Origin: Lytechinus pictus
Lineage: Eukaryota
Direction: 5' to 3'
Assembly: GCF_037042905.1 (NCBI RefSeq)
Contig: NC_087252.1
Span: forward strand, 18,354,001-18,418,000
DNA length: 64,000 bases
Shown here: one piece after another, positions 1 to 12,661 of the stretch
Layout of the letters: every line of letters begins with the position of its first letter
Numbering within the stretch: the stretch's first letter is position 1
The notes under the pieces: model-generated
Seen by the model: the letters and a program-made list of their open reading frames with translations, nothing else
What the model was told of the DNA's origin: nothing
Database searches by the model: none
Made by a program: the position numbers and the translations under genes

Positions 1-840
1 CCTTCACTTTATTTTTTTGTAATCTTATTATTTCTTCCTTATTTTTCTTTCATTCATTCTTTTGTCTTTATATTTGTTTTTTCCCTTTTTCTTTCTTTCT
101 TCCTTCCCTTAATTTTAAAATCCCCCCCTTTATTTTTCTATTTTTTATTCTTTGGTTCTTTTTTTTTGTTCATTCGCTCTCATTTTTTTAAATTTCTGCT
201 TTCCGACACTTTAGTGTTTTATTTACTTTCTTTATTTCTTCTTTTTCTTTCTTTCGCTCATTTTTTTCTCCTTCGTTCTTTATATACTCTTTCTTTTTTC
301 TGTCTTTCTTCTATTAATTTATAAAAATCTTTTTCTTTATTCTTTCCATTAATGCTTTTCGTTTTTTGTTTTTTTTCATTCATTCTTAATTTTTACTGCT
401 TTTTTATTTTCCCTCTTTGTTTTTTCTCTCTTTATTCTTTGTTTCATTTTCCTTGTTCTCTCTTCCTTCACTTTTTACATTTTTTTTCCTTCCTTTTCTC
501 TTTCTTACCTTCTTTCATTTGTTTTTTTTTCTAACTTTTTTTCGGTTCTTTATTCCTTCATTTTATCCTCTTTTTTTTCTGTTTTCCTAAGTTTCTTTAT
601 TTTTACTTCAGTTTTATTCTTCTTCACTTTATCATTGACATTTCTATTTCTTTCTTTTATTCATTCTTTTTTTTTTCTTTTAAGTTCTTTTTTGTTTTGC
701 TTGCTTAGTTTAATTCTTTCATACTCTTTCTTTCTTTCATTATTTTCTGATCTGATCCTTTCATTATTTTTATTTCTGCTTCATTCTTACCCTTTTCTGT
801 CTTCTTACTTAGATCTTTCTTCCTGTTTTATTATTTATTT
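1..840. repeat. Pyrimidine-rich (T/C) low-complexity tract
   Basis: Degenerate TTTC/TTTA runs; the F/S/L-rich ORFs here are compositional. Confidence 0.85.
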
Positions 841-2578
841 GTAGTAGAACCGGTACTAGACCAAAAGCTTCGGTCTCTGTTATGTTGGTTGTTCAGCTGA
901 ACTCCGTTGGCTTCACTCACCAAATACAGAGACCGAAGTTCTAGCACGATCTGTACAGGGGACTCAATGGCCATATGTTTATGTGTATTAAGTTCGGACA
1001 AAACAGGGCAGTGAAGTTGCGCGTCAGCCGAGGTGAGTCACTGTTTTTGTTCCTTTTAACTTGATTTTCCCCGTTTTTTGGCAATTAATGCAAAGAGGGA
1101 ATATCAATTTGCATTTCTGTCGCGTTAATTTTCAAAAAATTGATTCATTAAAGACAAAAATTGAAGAGCCCCGACGGGGGGATTTTGCATTGTAAGTAAC
1201 CCTGTAACCGATTCTCGGATCGGCGGCCGATCTCGATCTAATCACTGCTGATCGGTTGTTTTATGCCGATCGCCGATCATAGCAAATGTATCGTCATGAT
1301 CGGTTGCGAAATTCACCGCGCCGGGCCAAAGTTGGCTGCGCTAGTCGGCCATTGTTGCTGTGCGCTAGCTGTGCTAGCTCTTGGTCGACTGCTGCAACGC
1401 AAGCCGATATGACTGCAACAGAGAAATGGTTGTTTTGATGTCCTTAGATGTCCTTAACTGAGGTCATCAATTGCTCCGGGGTTACCACAAATAGAGATTT
1501 AAAAAAATACCTGTTGCCATGCAGAAAACCGCGGATTAATTGGAGTCGCGTGCCCCAAATCATTCCACATTCTTCTAAACAAAAAAAAGATTTACAGTTC
1601 ACTTTTTTTCTGCCCAGCTAGCGCCAGTTGGCTGGCTACGCTCGTAAATTACTTCCACCACCGTGCACAAGAATGTTATCGCGACCTCCAAAGTCTGAGC
1701 CCATCATGTTCTCTGTTTTGTTTCACGTTCTCAAAATTTGTTATTTCACTTTCTGTAATATGATTTCAAAAAATAAAAGGAAACTTGGATGTGTTTTGAA
1801 AGCATGTTTATGTTTTAAATCAGTCTAAGAATATGAAAAGCATGTTTACATTTTCGTCTTTCCATTGTTGTGCATGCCATGGGTGTGATACTGTGATATG
1901 AATACAGCGCTGAAGGATCGGAGGAAACACAAGACTAAAAAAAAAAAGACCACGTGTACGCATGCAACATCACATCGAGGTACTAGGCGGAGCTCCATGC
2001 TGGCCGTCCTGATATGATGACCTGGGAATTCAAAGATTCAGTGAGCTCGAGAGAGAGAGAGAGATGGGGGAGAGAGACTGACTACGGGTACCGTACGAGG
2101 GGGAGAGAGAACGGGGGGGGGGGGCTGAAAGGAATGAGAGTAACGGTTTATGTTACTTTGAAATAATGCCAGATCGTAGCAATAGGGGGTCCGGGGACAG
2201 GGTAGTGATGTGCGTAGAACAATACATGCTGGAACTGAATTATTTTCGTGCGTCTTATAAGAAACGAAAATTACATGCTTTTTAATAGAGTATCAATGTT
2301 GATCTGTTATTATTTTGATTGAACTGGGCAACTATTAGTCGACATATAAAAGTGGGCTTATTCATTGCAATTTTTTGTCTCATAGGTCAAGTAGGGGATT
2401 TTTTTCCCCCGACTAATACATAAACCTAGTATGAGTTTTCGAGTTAAACAATACTTCTGTAGGTATGAACATTGTGTTGGTGACAATAATGGCGATGAAA
2501 AATATAAAAGTAAATGATAGGAAAGAAAAGTAGAAGGATCATGGCTGGTACACATCCCTGAATAATCATCTTTCGTAA

Positions 2579-2824
2579 GGGACGTACCAGATACCAGGGG
2601 GGGGGGAAGCTGGAAGTTTGAGTTCATGCAATTTTTTTCCTTTCTTTGAGCATTTTTTCCCCATTGAGACAAGGTTTTTTTTTCACCTTTGAGATGATTT
2701 GTCAGTGGACCAAGTTTTTTTTTTAACTCTGATGTTGAGTCAATTTTTTGATGTTGCTCATTTAGCAAGTCAAGTTTTTTTCAAACTTCCAGCCCCCTCC
2801 CCTGGATATCTAATGGTGCACCCC
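2579..2824. mobile_element. PIF/Harbinger-type MITE nested in the hAT element
   Basis: Ends GGGACGTACC..GATACCAGGGG and CCCCTGGATATC..GGTGCACCCC, with a TAA TSD on both sides. Confidence 0.65.
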
Positions 2825-3343
2825 TAACAAATATGAACACCCTTTCCTGCCCACATCTCCTTCATTGACAACTTTGACCCCAGGGACGAGACTTGTTTAA
2901 TATTTTGGAAACATCCACTTGAGAAAATCCCCCTAATCGACTGGTGTGCATTACACTCCAGTGGTTTTGTAAACAACGCTCGTGATATAAAGGAGATCTT
3001 GTCAGATGATAAATCCAATCAGCATTGAGTGCCGTGAATGGAAATTAGAGGGAACGATTCTCATTGGTCAATTCCAAGCAAGGAGGGCAGGGCTTCGCCA
3101 AAATTTACGAGCTAGCTCCAACTTACGGTCCCGCATGTCAGAGGGTCAGAATGAAGAGTTTTTCCCCCTGATTTTTTTTCCATCATCCCACATTTTCACA
3201 CAGAAACATCAACACACATGATCTGTTACCAAAGTTGGGAACAGAAGCAACCAATCTCCTCGCAAAGCGTGAAAACTCCAATGTCAATTTCGATCTTTTA
3301 CTTTCTCTTGCCTTTTATTTTTCGCTTGTGTTAATATAACTTT

Positions 3344-3839
3344 TAGGCCTGCATGGGAGTAAACATCGATTGATCGAATGGCGTGCCGCCAATCGCCAAT
3401 CAATTAGCAAAATTTACACTAATCGAATGTTTGGCAGATCCCGATTATGACGTTGGGATAAATCGAATACCCAAGTAATAATAAAATGACAAGAAAACAA
3501 TGATGACAGCGGTTTTTGAATACTTGATACAGGTTTAAAAATGATGTTACCAAGGTAATTTTTGAAAAATTATCAATGATTGTATCACATTCACAGTTAC
3601 ACACCAACACGAAAGAGCTCCGAAAATGTTAATCCCACCCGACCTGGCCCTCGATTCACAAAATAAGTCATTGTCTGCATGCTCAAAACAGAAAGTAAAC
3701 ACACAATCAGCTCACTTGAGCTGATTGGACCTTCGGCTTCGATAGCCAATGAAACTTTTGGGGAAACAAAGAAGAGGCCTAGTGGTTCCCTTATCAGGAA
3801 AGGTTGTGACTTCAGAAATAAATTGACCCCTCCCCCATC

Positions 3840-3872
<33 letters not shown>

Positions 3873-4611
3873 AAGATAGGGGGTGGGAGCCGGAGAATTC
3901 CTTTCATATTTAAAAACAATGCAACCTTTTTTATATCCCGCTCATACAATCAAAACGACATTCCATCACGCGCCGCCTTCACCAGTACTTTCTCGATTAG
4001 TCTAAAAAATAGACCCAGTTATACATGTAGGTTCAAGTGATAAAAATTTGTAATTTTGAAAGGTATTTCAAATGAAATATTTTGCAAAACATTTTTTTTA
4101 AATACATGTGTAGCATCGTGGGGAATGCCACAAGTGGGGATGGGGACATGGTGTGGGCAAGGGATGATTTTTTTCAAGTGAAATGCTCCACCTGTGTGTC
4201 AGTCTCAAAGAATACTTCATGAATGAGTTGTTAAATACTAAGATGTCTTTGGGCTTTGGACTCGGCTGATCTGGGCTGATTCATTCATATGCAGGGGTGT
4301 GGCACTTGGAGGGATGCATGCATAATACCAGGGTACCAGCATTGATTTAGGAAAGATTTTCATTGGAATGATAAACTGAAAGATTTAATCTCATTTCATG
4401 TAATTTCTTTTGATATAAAAATCATGGAGAATGGGGGAAAGGGCCTACTTTCATTTATGATAAACATGTGACTTTGATGGGGATTTCTTCATGGGGGGTC
4501 ACTATAAATATTGTGACTTAAAAGATGTGATTCCTGACGAACAGTCGAATCATTCAATTAATTTTTTCAGGAAATAATCGAATGGTAAAAATGACAATCG
4601 TCCCAGGCCTA
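3344..4611. mobile_element. Second hAT-type non-autonomous element, nested
   Basis: TAGGCCTG / CAGGCCTA termini with AATCGA subterminal repeats at both ends. The TSD is degraded. Confidence 0.5.
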
Positions 4612-6092
4612 AAATTAACTTTCACCCTTTTTTTTTGGGGGGGGGGGGCAAAGGGTGCTTTGAACGAAACAACTGCTCCAACACTCTGTTTCCCAATTTT
4701 GCTGTTACTTCAACATTTAATCATTCCTATTTTCATGATCAACGCTTGTTGAAAAAAAGAGCAACAACAAAACAAACAACAAGAAACAATGACTTCATAC
4801 AAAAAACATACTTTTCTTACATTTCCGTCAGGCCTAATCAAATTTTAAATACCCACAGATAAAAGTTGGCATCATTCCACGAGGTTTACTCTCTGCTCTC
4901 TTTTTTTCTTCCATTACTCCCTCCGTCCCCTCTCCCCATCTCTCTCTCACACCTTCTCTCCAACTCTCTGTGCGGATTGGATCGGGAGTGTCTGCGTTGG
5001 CGTATTTATTAGATGAGCTCCGATGCTCCCTCCCTCTCCCTCTCTCTAGTGGTCGGCCGGGCTTTGGCTTGTGATGACGAATTTACAACATTATATGGGC
5101 GCGCTGTGAGGGCGGGAGATCCATTCTAACGCTGGTAGTGATACCAACCAGCTGGGTCATGTCGGCGTAGAACAATCGTAAATCACTGCCTTGCTTGACA
5201 GTGAAACCCAGACTTCCAGGGGATGAATAGATATGTGAGTAGTGCTTGGCATGCATGGGGTCAGCTAAGGACAATATGGGTCTGTTTATTGTGCTTGATA
5301 AACAAATAGCAAAATCCGATATTTACTGCCGATATTTTCGACCGATACCGATCATAGGGATAAGTATGTGCCCCCGATCATCCGATCCGATCAGAGCTCT
5401 TACTTACAGGGTTAATTGTAAGTCCCCTAATGGTGGCTGCACGATAGCGAGCCGTCTGTGTATGAGGAGAAATTTAAAAAATAAAAAAATGTTAAAAAAC
5501 TCCTCGAAACAGACGGCTGCCTGCTGTCTAAACTGGTACCTGCTTTATTTTTTTTTCTTTTCATTTATTTTTACCCCAGTCTCCCAGAATTTTACTCTAC
5601 AACTTCTCACAAAAAGTCCATTTGTAACCTTATTTAAAATTAAAGGTCCCTATCGTACCTTGCATGGCCCTTGCATTTTCGTCATAACGTTAGACATATC
5701 ATTGAAACAACAACACATGCATTGTGACAAACCAAATTTAAAATTAAATGCAGAATGTTACTCAACGTACATGTACAGACAGTACAGAAATATCAACAAG
5801 TGGGACTGCATAGAATTTTTAAGACGCCAAGAACAAAGCAATTAGACACGTACGGAGATATTGAACCATACTGTGACTTTATTTTCTTCCTACTTACCAA
5901 TACGAGTGGAAATTAACTGGAATTGTGTTTTCGCTAGCAAGTTAGCAGAAGTACCCGCTTAATATTTTCAAGTATTACGGTCAAAAAGGGCTTTAAATTC
6001 ACAGCTTCCGGTTCCGATGTCACGGCTTTGACTCAAATTCGGCGACGCAATTTTCGCAACGCAAAATGCACGTCTAGTCGACTATCTACAAT

Positions 6093-8252
6093 GAAGAGTT
6101 TAGATGCAAAAGGGGTTTATTAGGACGTTATCGGTCCACTTTTGGACCATTCCGAGAAAAACCATGTTTTTTATTCTCACTTATTCCAATATTCTTATGA
6201 GAAACTTAATTGTCATGATGTACTACCCTATCATGAGAACATAAAATTGGGTATAAAAGAAATCTACCTGCATGTCTTCAATTTTTTTCAAGACCTATAT
6301 ATATATTTTTTTTAAAATTATCATTGTGGACCTAACCCCTTTTGCAAGTAAACTGAAATGAATCCAATCTCTTTTGATTAAAAAAGAGATTTTTCTTTGC
6401 CACTTTCATATTCACGTTTTCATTTGAATTTCAAATTGTCTTTGGTACCCAGAAGGAAAAACCAGTTAGACCAGTATTTTTTTTTACTGGTTTCCAGTAT
6501 ATTTTTACTGGTTTCCAGTATATTTTTACTGGTTTCCAGTATATTTTTACTGGGCCAGTTGATTTTTAACTGGACCAGTAAAAATCAACTGGAGACCAGT
6601 TCCAACAACTGCATTCCAGTTGAAGCAATACCAGTTAAATTGTTCTTCCTCAAACTGATGCTACTGGTCCAATAAATGGTTTCCAGTAGATTTTTACTGG
6701 TTTCCAGTATATGTTTACTGGACCAGTTGATTTTTAACTGGACCAGTAAAAATCAACTGGAGACCAGTTCAAACATAGTAGTAATACCAGTTAAATTGTT
6801 TTTCATCAAACTGGTGTTGTACTGGTCAAATAAATAATGACTTTATTTCAAGTCAGATCATATGATTATGGAAAATGAATCTTGCAATTCAGAGACAGTT
6901 ATTACTGTTATCATTTATCATTGTTATCATCATTCTTTTTATAATTATCATAATTATTATGATTATTATGATCATTAATTTTTGTTATCATTCTTATTAC
7001 TGTTATCATTGTTATTTATATTGTAATTATTATTATTAATATTATCATAATTATTAAGTATTAACATTGTTTCCTTTTTTAAATGATTAAGATCAAAGCA
7101 AGATATATTCCTCTGATAGAGTCAACTGGTCTAAAGTAATTCATTGTTTGAAATTGAACTGGTCAAGACCAGTAATACCAGTATTTCTGATGATGCTGAT
7201 CACGTGGTTTACCTCATTTGCATATTTCCTGTTTTTAAAAGAAAAATCAGGATTTATGATATCCTTGCAATGGCACTCATTGTTGTTTAAAAACTTTCAA
7301 AATAATTGGTGAACTAATTCACAATGAAAATGTGTAATTTCATACATCACATTTAAAATAACAGCAGAAAGATTAATTTACTAACCATCTTTTCCATCAC
7401 ATTTCACTGACCATGGTATATAACAAACCAAATGCATGTAATAATTGATCCAGTAAGACCAGTACGAGGACCAGTTTTACCACTTTGAGGACCAGTCAGA
7501 CCAGTAGAAAATACCAGCTGAAATTGGAAACCAACCAGTATGAAGACCAGTGAGACCAGTAACAACCACCAGCAACAATAGACCAGTACAAAATTCCAGT
7601 AATTCAAGACCAGTTTAATTTTTAACTGGACCAGTAAAAATTTAACTGGACCAGTATGACCAGTTAGACCAGTAAACCGATGTTCCAATTTCCAGAGTTA
7701 CCAGTTAAAATTATACTGGTCTAACTGGTCCAGTGGAACTGGTTTTCCTTCTGGGTATCATCAGAGTGACAAAAATTAGAGACAGAAAACAATAAAAATT
7801 TATGAAAAATGGACTAAAATCACTGTACTAACCCCTTCTGACAAATGAGAAGAGTTTGGTTAGGTCACTCCAAGAAAATCATTTTTTTAATTCTCCCATA
7901 TCGCAATTTTCTTGTGCGAAACTGAATTTTCGTGATACCCTACCATGAGAACATAAAATTGGGTATAAGAGAAATCTACCTGTCTTCATATTTTTTAAGA
8001 TATTCTTTTCCAAAAAATCTTATTGGACCTAACGTACCCCTTTTGCAACTCAACTGAAATGGACCAAAACCCTTTTGAAAAAAAGTGATTTTTCTTTGCC
8101 ATTTAAGTTCACTTTTTAATAGGAATTTCAACTTTTCTTTGGTATCATCTTATAGAGTTACTACAAATTTTAATCTATACATTAATTGAGACATAAAAAT
8201 CAAATTTGATGAAAAATTGACCTATAACCCTTTTGCAAGTGATCGAGCTCTT
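6093..8252. mobile_element. DNA transposon relic with degenerate TIRs and an internal direct duplication
   Basis: GAAGAGTTTAGATGCAAAAGGGG at the left end and CCCTTTTGCAAG..GAGCTCTT at the right. Segment ~6190-6447 (resuming at 7756) is repeated at ~7930-8240. Confidence 0.5.
6448..7755. mobile_element. CCCAG-ended non-autonomous element (CACTA/EnSpm-like) with ACTGG/CCAGT subterminal arrays
   Basis: TIR CCCAGAAGGAAAA(A)CCAGTT / AACTGGTTTTCCTTCTGGG with a TA duplication. The host sequence rejoins as TTTGGTA|TCATC, matching the uninterrupted copy near 8140. Confidence 0.8.
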
Positions 8253-8299
8253 AATATGGGTGGTTGGTGTATTTTTTGCTCAAAAATACTGTAGACCCG

Positions 8300-8670
8300 A
8301 CTGTAGCCCCCCGATCCGGGGCCCCAGATGAACCCAGCCTATGGCACCCATTCTAATTAGGGTGTGTATAACTTTTTTCTTTGTTTTGACTTTTCTTTGA
8401 TTTTACTTTGCATTTAATTCTAACCATTAATTTCATATTGCTTATTTTTTACTTTGACTATTTTCCAGAGAGAGATCAAAGGGTTCCAGAAAAGGCCCCA
8501 ATTCTTTGACTTAACGCTGTAATTCCCCGATCCGGGGCCCCAGACGGACTCAGCCAATAAACGGCACCCATTCTAAGGTGTATTACTTTTTTCTTTGCTT
8601 TGACTATCTGGGTTTTCCGAGGAAAGAGGGTTCTAGAAAAGAAAACCCCCATTCTTTGACTTTGACTGAT
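8300..8670. repeat. Two-unit direct repeat, ~220 bp period
   Basis: CCCCCGATCCGGGGCCCCAGA...GGCACCCATTCTAA occurs near 8307 and near 8525. Confidence 0.7.
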
Positions 8671-8691
8671 TTTTTTCCCCTTTAAAGGTTT

Positions 8692-11241
8692 CAGTGGCGT
8701 AACTACGAAGGGACACGTGCCCCCCCCCCCAAGTCGGCCGCCCCCCCAAAAAAAAAACAGGGAAAAAAGGGGGAGAAAGACCGGGGAGAAAGATAAATGT
8801 GTAGGCCTATATAGTGGGGGAAGAAATTATTGTACTACATTATGTTATATTATTATAGAACATGATAAATATTTGTTTCATAACTTAATGAAACATAATT
8901 TGCTAAGGGGCTGTCATAATTCATGGTGCTCGATCGCATTGTCTGTTTAATAAGATATATAATCTTAAAACATCCCGTTATCAAACCAATATTTTACTCG
9001 CACTCTGAGTTAATTTAATACGTAGTTTATGCTTCCTTTTCATGACTACTCGGCGTTAAAGTGATCCCCTTTTAAGGTCTGGATATAAAACATTTCCAGT
9101 CCGCTTGCATCAGTGGATTGGTCTATATGTCTGCTCTTCATGAATTCCTGTATACAGTCTTCATAAATGGCCCTTTATAGTCTGAATATAAAAATTTTCA
9201 GCTCGCGCTTCGCGCTCGCATATAGTGAAATACGTATGGTCTTAGTGAATTCTTACAAACAAACCTTAAAATTAATGCCCCTCTTCGAAAGAAATAAAGA
9301 AATGAAGAAAGAAAGAATGAAAGAAAGAAGGAAGGAAAAAGAAAGAAATAAAGAAACTAAGAAAGAAAGAAAAAAAAAAGAAATAAAGACAGAAAGAAAA
9401 AAAGAAAGGGAAAGTGAAAAAGTGAGAAAAAAAGGGAAAGAAATAAAGAACAAATAGGGAAAACGGGAAGGAATGTCGGAAAAGGAAGGAGAGAAAAACA
9501 TATGAGGAAGTACAAATTTATCCTGAAATACTGGCATCATTAGCAAGAGAGAGATAATAGAATAAAAAGATATGTTCCAATGGCACGGGCAAGAATGGCA
9601 GCAAAATGGAGAAAGAGGTAAAAAGACACGGGAAATGAAAGAGCCAAGAGCTAATTTTGAAAAATCAGAATAATGAAGCCAATGAACAAGACAAAAATAA
9701 AAGAAATTAAGAACACGACCTAGCTGGCTGCCAAGGATTAAAAAATATAAAGAACGGAATGGCGTCTATAATAAGCTTGCTTAATTTCATGCAATAATGG
9801 TCGCAATCAGGACCCCCAAAAAATCCTTATTAGCCATGCAAGGGCTAGTTATATCCCCTATATTATATTCAATTCAATTCTTTATTCCATTTCCATTCAA
9901 AACATAATACAAAGTAATATAAAGTAATACAAATCAAATACAATTTTACAGACAAGCATTCTTACAGTATAATAAACAGTATAATATATGTCCCGAGTTA
10001 TATACCGAATCAAAGCTTGACGCTGGCTAGATTGACGTAAAAAGCCTCTTAATGTTTACGTTGGCTATTATTTTAAAGCTGTACTATCCGATTAGAATTT
10101 AATTTCAAATTTAGAAAGGCCAATTTTTCTGGCTCGCTTTGCTCGCTGGCGACTTTACAAATTTTACCACATTGCTACGTTGTGCTGCCTCAAAATATTT
10201 TGTATTTTATCCTTAACTGTTGTGCATGTACCCGCGATTTGATAAAAAAAGTGGCCATCTGCAATGTTTAAATATTTTACGAGGTTCCGGGGCTCCGCCC
10301 CAGACCAGAGGCGGCACCAATAAGGGGAGACACGGGGTAAATGTTGTCATAAGCATCCTACTAAAGCTGCAAAATACTCCAAAACAGCTCATTCTTTAAA
10401 TTTTGAAACTTTTCTCATCCATTCATTGTTAGTTCCCAGCTTATAAATATTTCAGGTCATTATTATTATAAAATGAAAATTGTCGTTCGCGCTACGCGCT
10501 CGCAGTAATTGTTGACTGAGATAAGAAAACTTGTCTGTTCACATGGGGCTTAAAAATCCAATGTTCAATTCAATATGCTTCTTGCGATTAGGGTTTTCAT
10601 TATTCGTTTTTTGCGAGATACACATTGGCCTGCGTATTGCAATTTCATAAATCAAAAATGTTCAGCCAGCGCTGTGCGCTCGCATCAATAGTCATCCAGT
10701 TATGATTACAAAAAGTGCTTAGAACGTCCACTGAGTTATATCCTCTAAGGATTTCAAAAATTTTCAGCTCGCGCTTCGCGCTCGCATTATTTATTATTTT
10801 AGTGAGATATCATCTTCATGACCCAATGCAAACAACTAGTCCTTAACAAATCCATTTTAAAGTCAGTAGGGTCTACATTAAAACAAATATTAGCCCCCCA
10901 TGTTCTTTTGCCTCCCTCCTCTAGGTTAAAAATCCTGGTGCCGTCATTGCCCCGGACCCGATCCGCATAGCACTGGCCCCCAAAATTGATACAACCGAGA
11001 ACAAAAAAGAAAAGATGAAAGAAAATGAAATGAAAGGAAAAGGATTAAAGGAAGATATAAGATATGATGTTATTTTCTGCATACCATGTCAAATAAATCT
11101 TAAAGTTAGAATGTAATGAAAAGGTGATTTTTTTTTCTCGCTCGCTTCGCTCGTCTCGGGACTTATATTAAGGAAGTTTTTGCCACGCGCACCATGCTGT
11201 ACCCCTAATTTTTTGAACTTATCTCGCATTGAGCTTCGCCC

Positions 11242-11272
<31 letters not shown>

Positions 11273-11351
11273 TGTTCATATCATGATATGACCGGGAAAA
11301 TTTGGCTCTTGCCCCCCCCCCCCCCTGACCACCAACCCATGTTACGCCCTT
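8692..11351. mobile_element. Cluster of CAGTGGCGTA-type (hAT-like) non-autonomous elements
   Basis: CAGTGGCGTAAC plus poly-C at 8692, poly-C plus GTTACGCCCT near 11341, and repeated CTCGCGCTTCGCGCTCGC motifs. No TSD found, so the boundaries are uncertain. Confidence 0.4.
10306..10949. mobile_element. hAT-type MITE
   Basis: CAGAGGCGGCACCA / TGGTGCCGTCATTG termini; TSD CCCCAGAC / CCCCGGAC (7 of 8 match). Confidence 0.7.
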
Positions 11352-11711
11352 AGTAGAGTGTTAAATCGGGTAATGCCCGTTCGATTTTTGCCAATCAAAA
11401 GTTTTAAACTGAAACAGTAACTCTCGTGATTATGGGCAGTCCCAAACGATCGATCATCAATTGGCATGCATGCTTTGCCTGACATTTCACTATAGATCTC
11501 GCACGTTGCTTGCCTCATTTCTTAAATACTTTTAAGACAAAAATCAAATTTTTGTGATGTTACTAGTAGGCTTTGACATAAATGTATGATTCAGAAAATA
11601 ATCCCGTCGCCATTTTACCCTTCTTTTAATTTCCTTTTCTATTTTATTTTTTCTTGCATAGTCGCGAAAATTGGAAAATATTAAGTTTCTAAAGAATCTA
11701 AAGAAAGATGG

Positions 11712-11856
11712 AAAGAAAGAAAGAAAGAAAGAAAGAGAAAGAGAAAGAGAAAGAGAAAGAGAAAGAGAAAGAGAAAGAGAAAGAGAAAGAGAAAGAGAAA
11801 GAGAAAGAGAAAGAGAAAGAGAAAGAGAAAGAGAAAGAGAAAGAGAAAGAGAAAGA
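11712..11856. repeat. (GAAAGA)n microsatellite
   Basis: Perfect hexamer run of ~20 units preceded by GAAA units. Confidence 0.95.
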
Positions 11857-11967
11857 ATTAATGAATGTAATGAGGGAATAAATGAGATGAAATGAAACAG
11901 CTCTTAAGAAATTCAAGTTTATCAAACTTTACCCAGTCAGTTAGAGGAGTTGGTTTTACATGACCTG

Positions 11968-12100
11968 GGGCCCGTAACACAAAGCTTAGCAATGATCGTA
12001 GAACATTTTTCTACGATTGATTCCATTGACTACAATGTACAATCAATCAATAATGAAAATCAAGTGTACGATTAATCGCTAACCTTTGTGTTACGGGACC
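11968..12100. mobile_element. PIF/Harbinger-like MITE
   Basis: GGGCCCGTAACACAAAG / CTTTGTGTTACGGGACC with a CTG TSD. A decayed copy lies at ~43990-44108. Confidence 0.75.
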
Positions 12101-12569
12101 CTGGTCTTGACTATAATTATTATTCATAGGGTCGAGGCCTATTGTTTTTTTTAATCTCAAGTTGGCGTAGAACAAACACTGTGCATCATAATGTTATTCT
12201 GCTTGGACTATTAACCGCTTTAATATACGACCTAAAACATATTCATTCAATCATTATACCATGTAATGCCTATAAAAATACTTACAAGAGGATTTGATTT
12301 TTTTATAGGCCTCAAAATAATAATAGTAACAATAGTCTCTGATCACTTTTTTTTTTCTATTTCCTCCTGCCTTTTTTATCCCTTTTGGCTCCTTTCCATT
12401 GTCTTATTTTTTGATCGAAAATACAATTTTTATAGGGAGATAGCAATATTTGAATATCTATTTATCCACCAAAAGTTATGTTTTTCTCCATCTCGTGGTT
12501 TAGCTGGGGAATTTGACAAGCCCTTTTCATGAATGATTTTCAACTTGAGATCCAATGTAAAATTTAAAT

Positions 12570-12661
12570 GTCCCGCGGATGTAGCGCCATCTGATGACGT
12601 AAATGCAAATTAGATTGGGGCTGTGTCCGCTGACGCGTTCGTACGTGTCCGTATTTTTCAG
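12570..12661 (+). promoter_or_regulatory. Probable promoter and non-coding first exon of the zinc-finger gene
   Basis: CpG-rich patch with GCGCCATCT (YY1/CTCF-like), TGACGTAA (CRE-like), octamer ATGCAAAT 12603-12610, reverse CCAAT (GATTGG) and donor CAG|GTAACT at 12661/12662. The ATG exon starts at an acceptor (17983), which implies an upstream exon. Confidence 0.5.

Larger units (their letters stand above)
1197..5414. mobile_element. Non-autonomous hAT-type DNA transposon (4.2 kb including nested inserts)
   Basis: TIR TAACCCTGTAA (1197-1207) / TTACAGGGTTA (5404-5414); perfect 8-bp TSD ATTGTAAG (1189-1196, 5415-5422); clustered CCGAT subterminal motifs at both ends. Confidence 0.85.

Noticed and set aside
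352..844. F/S/L-rich ORFs
   Set aside because: They are products of a pyrimidine low-complexity tract.
5246..5845. 199-aa ORF
   Set aside because: It starts at TTG, crosses a transposon boundary and shows no recognisable domain.
6475..6800. Short regular repeats that superficially resemble a CRISPR array
   Set aside because: There are no unique spacers, the context is eukaryotic, and the repeats lie inside a TIR element.
11671..11925. ER/SF dipeptide ORFs
   Set aside because: They translate a hexamer microsatellite.
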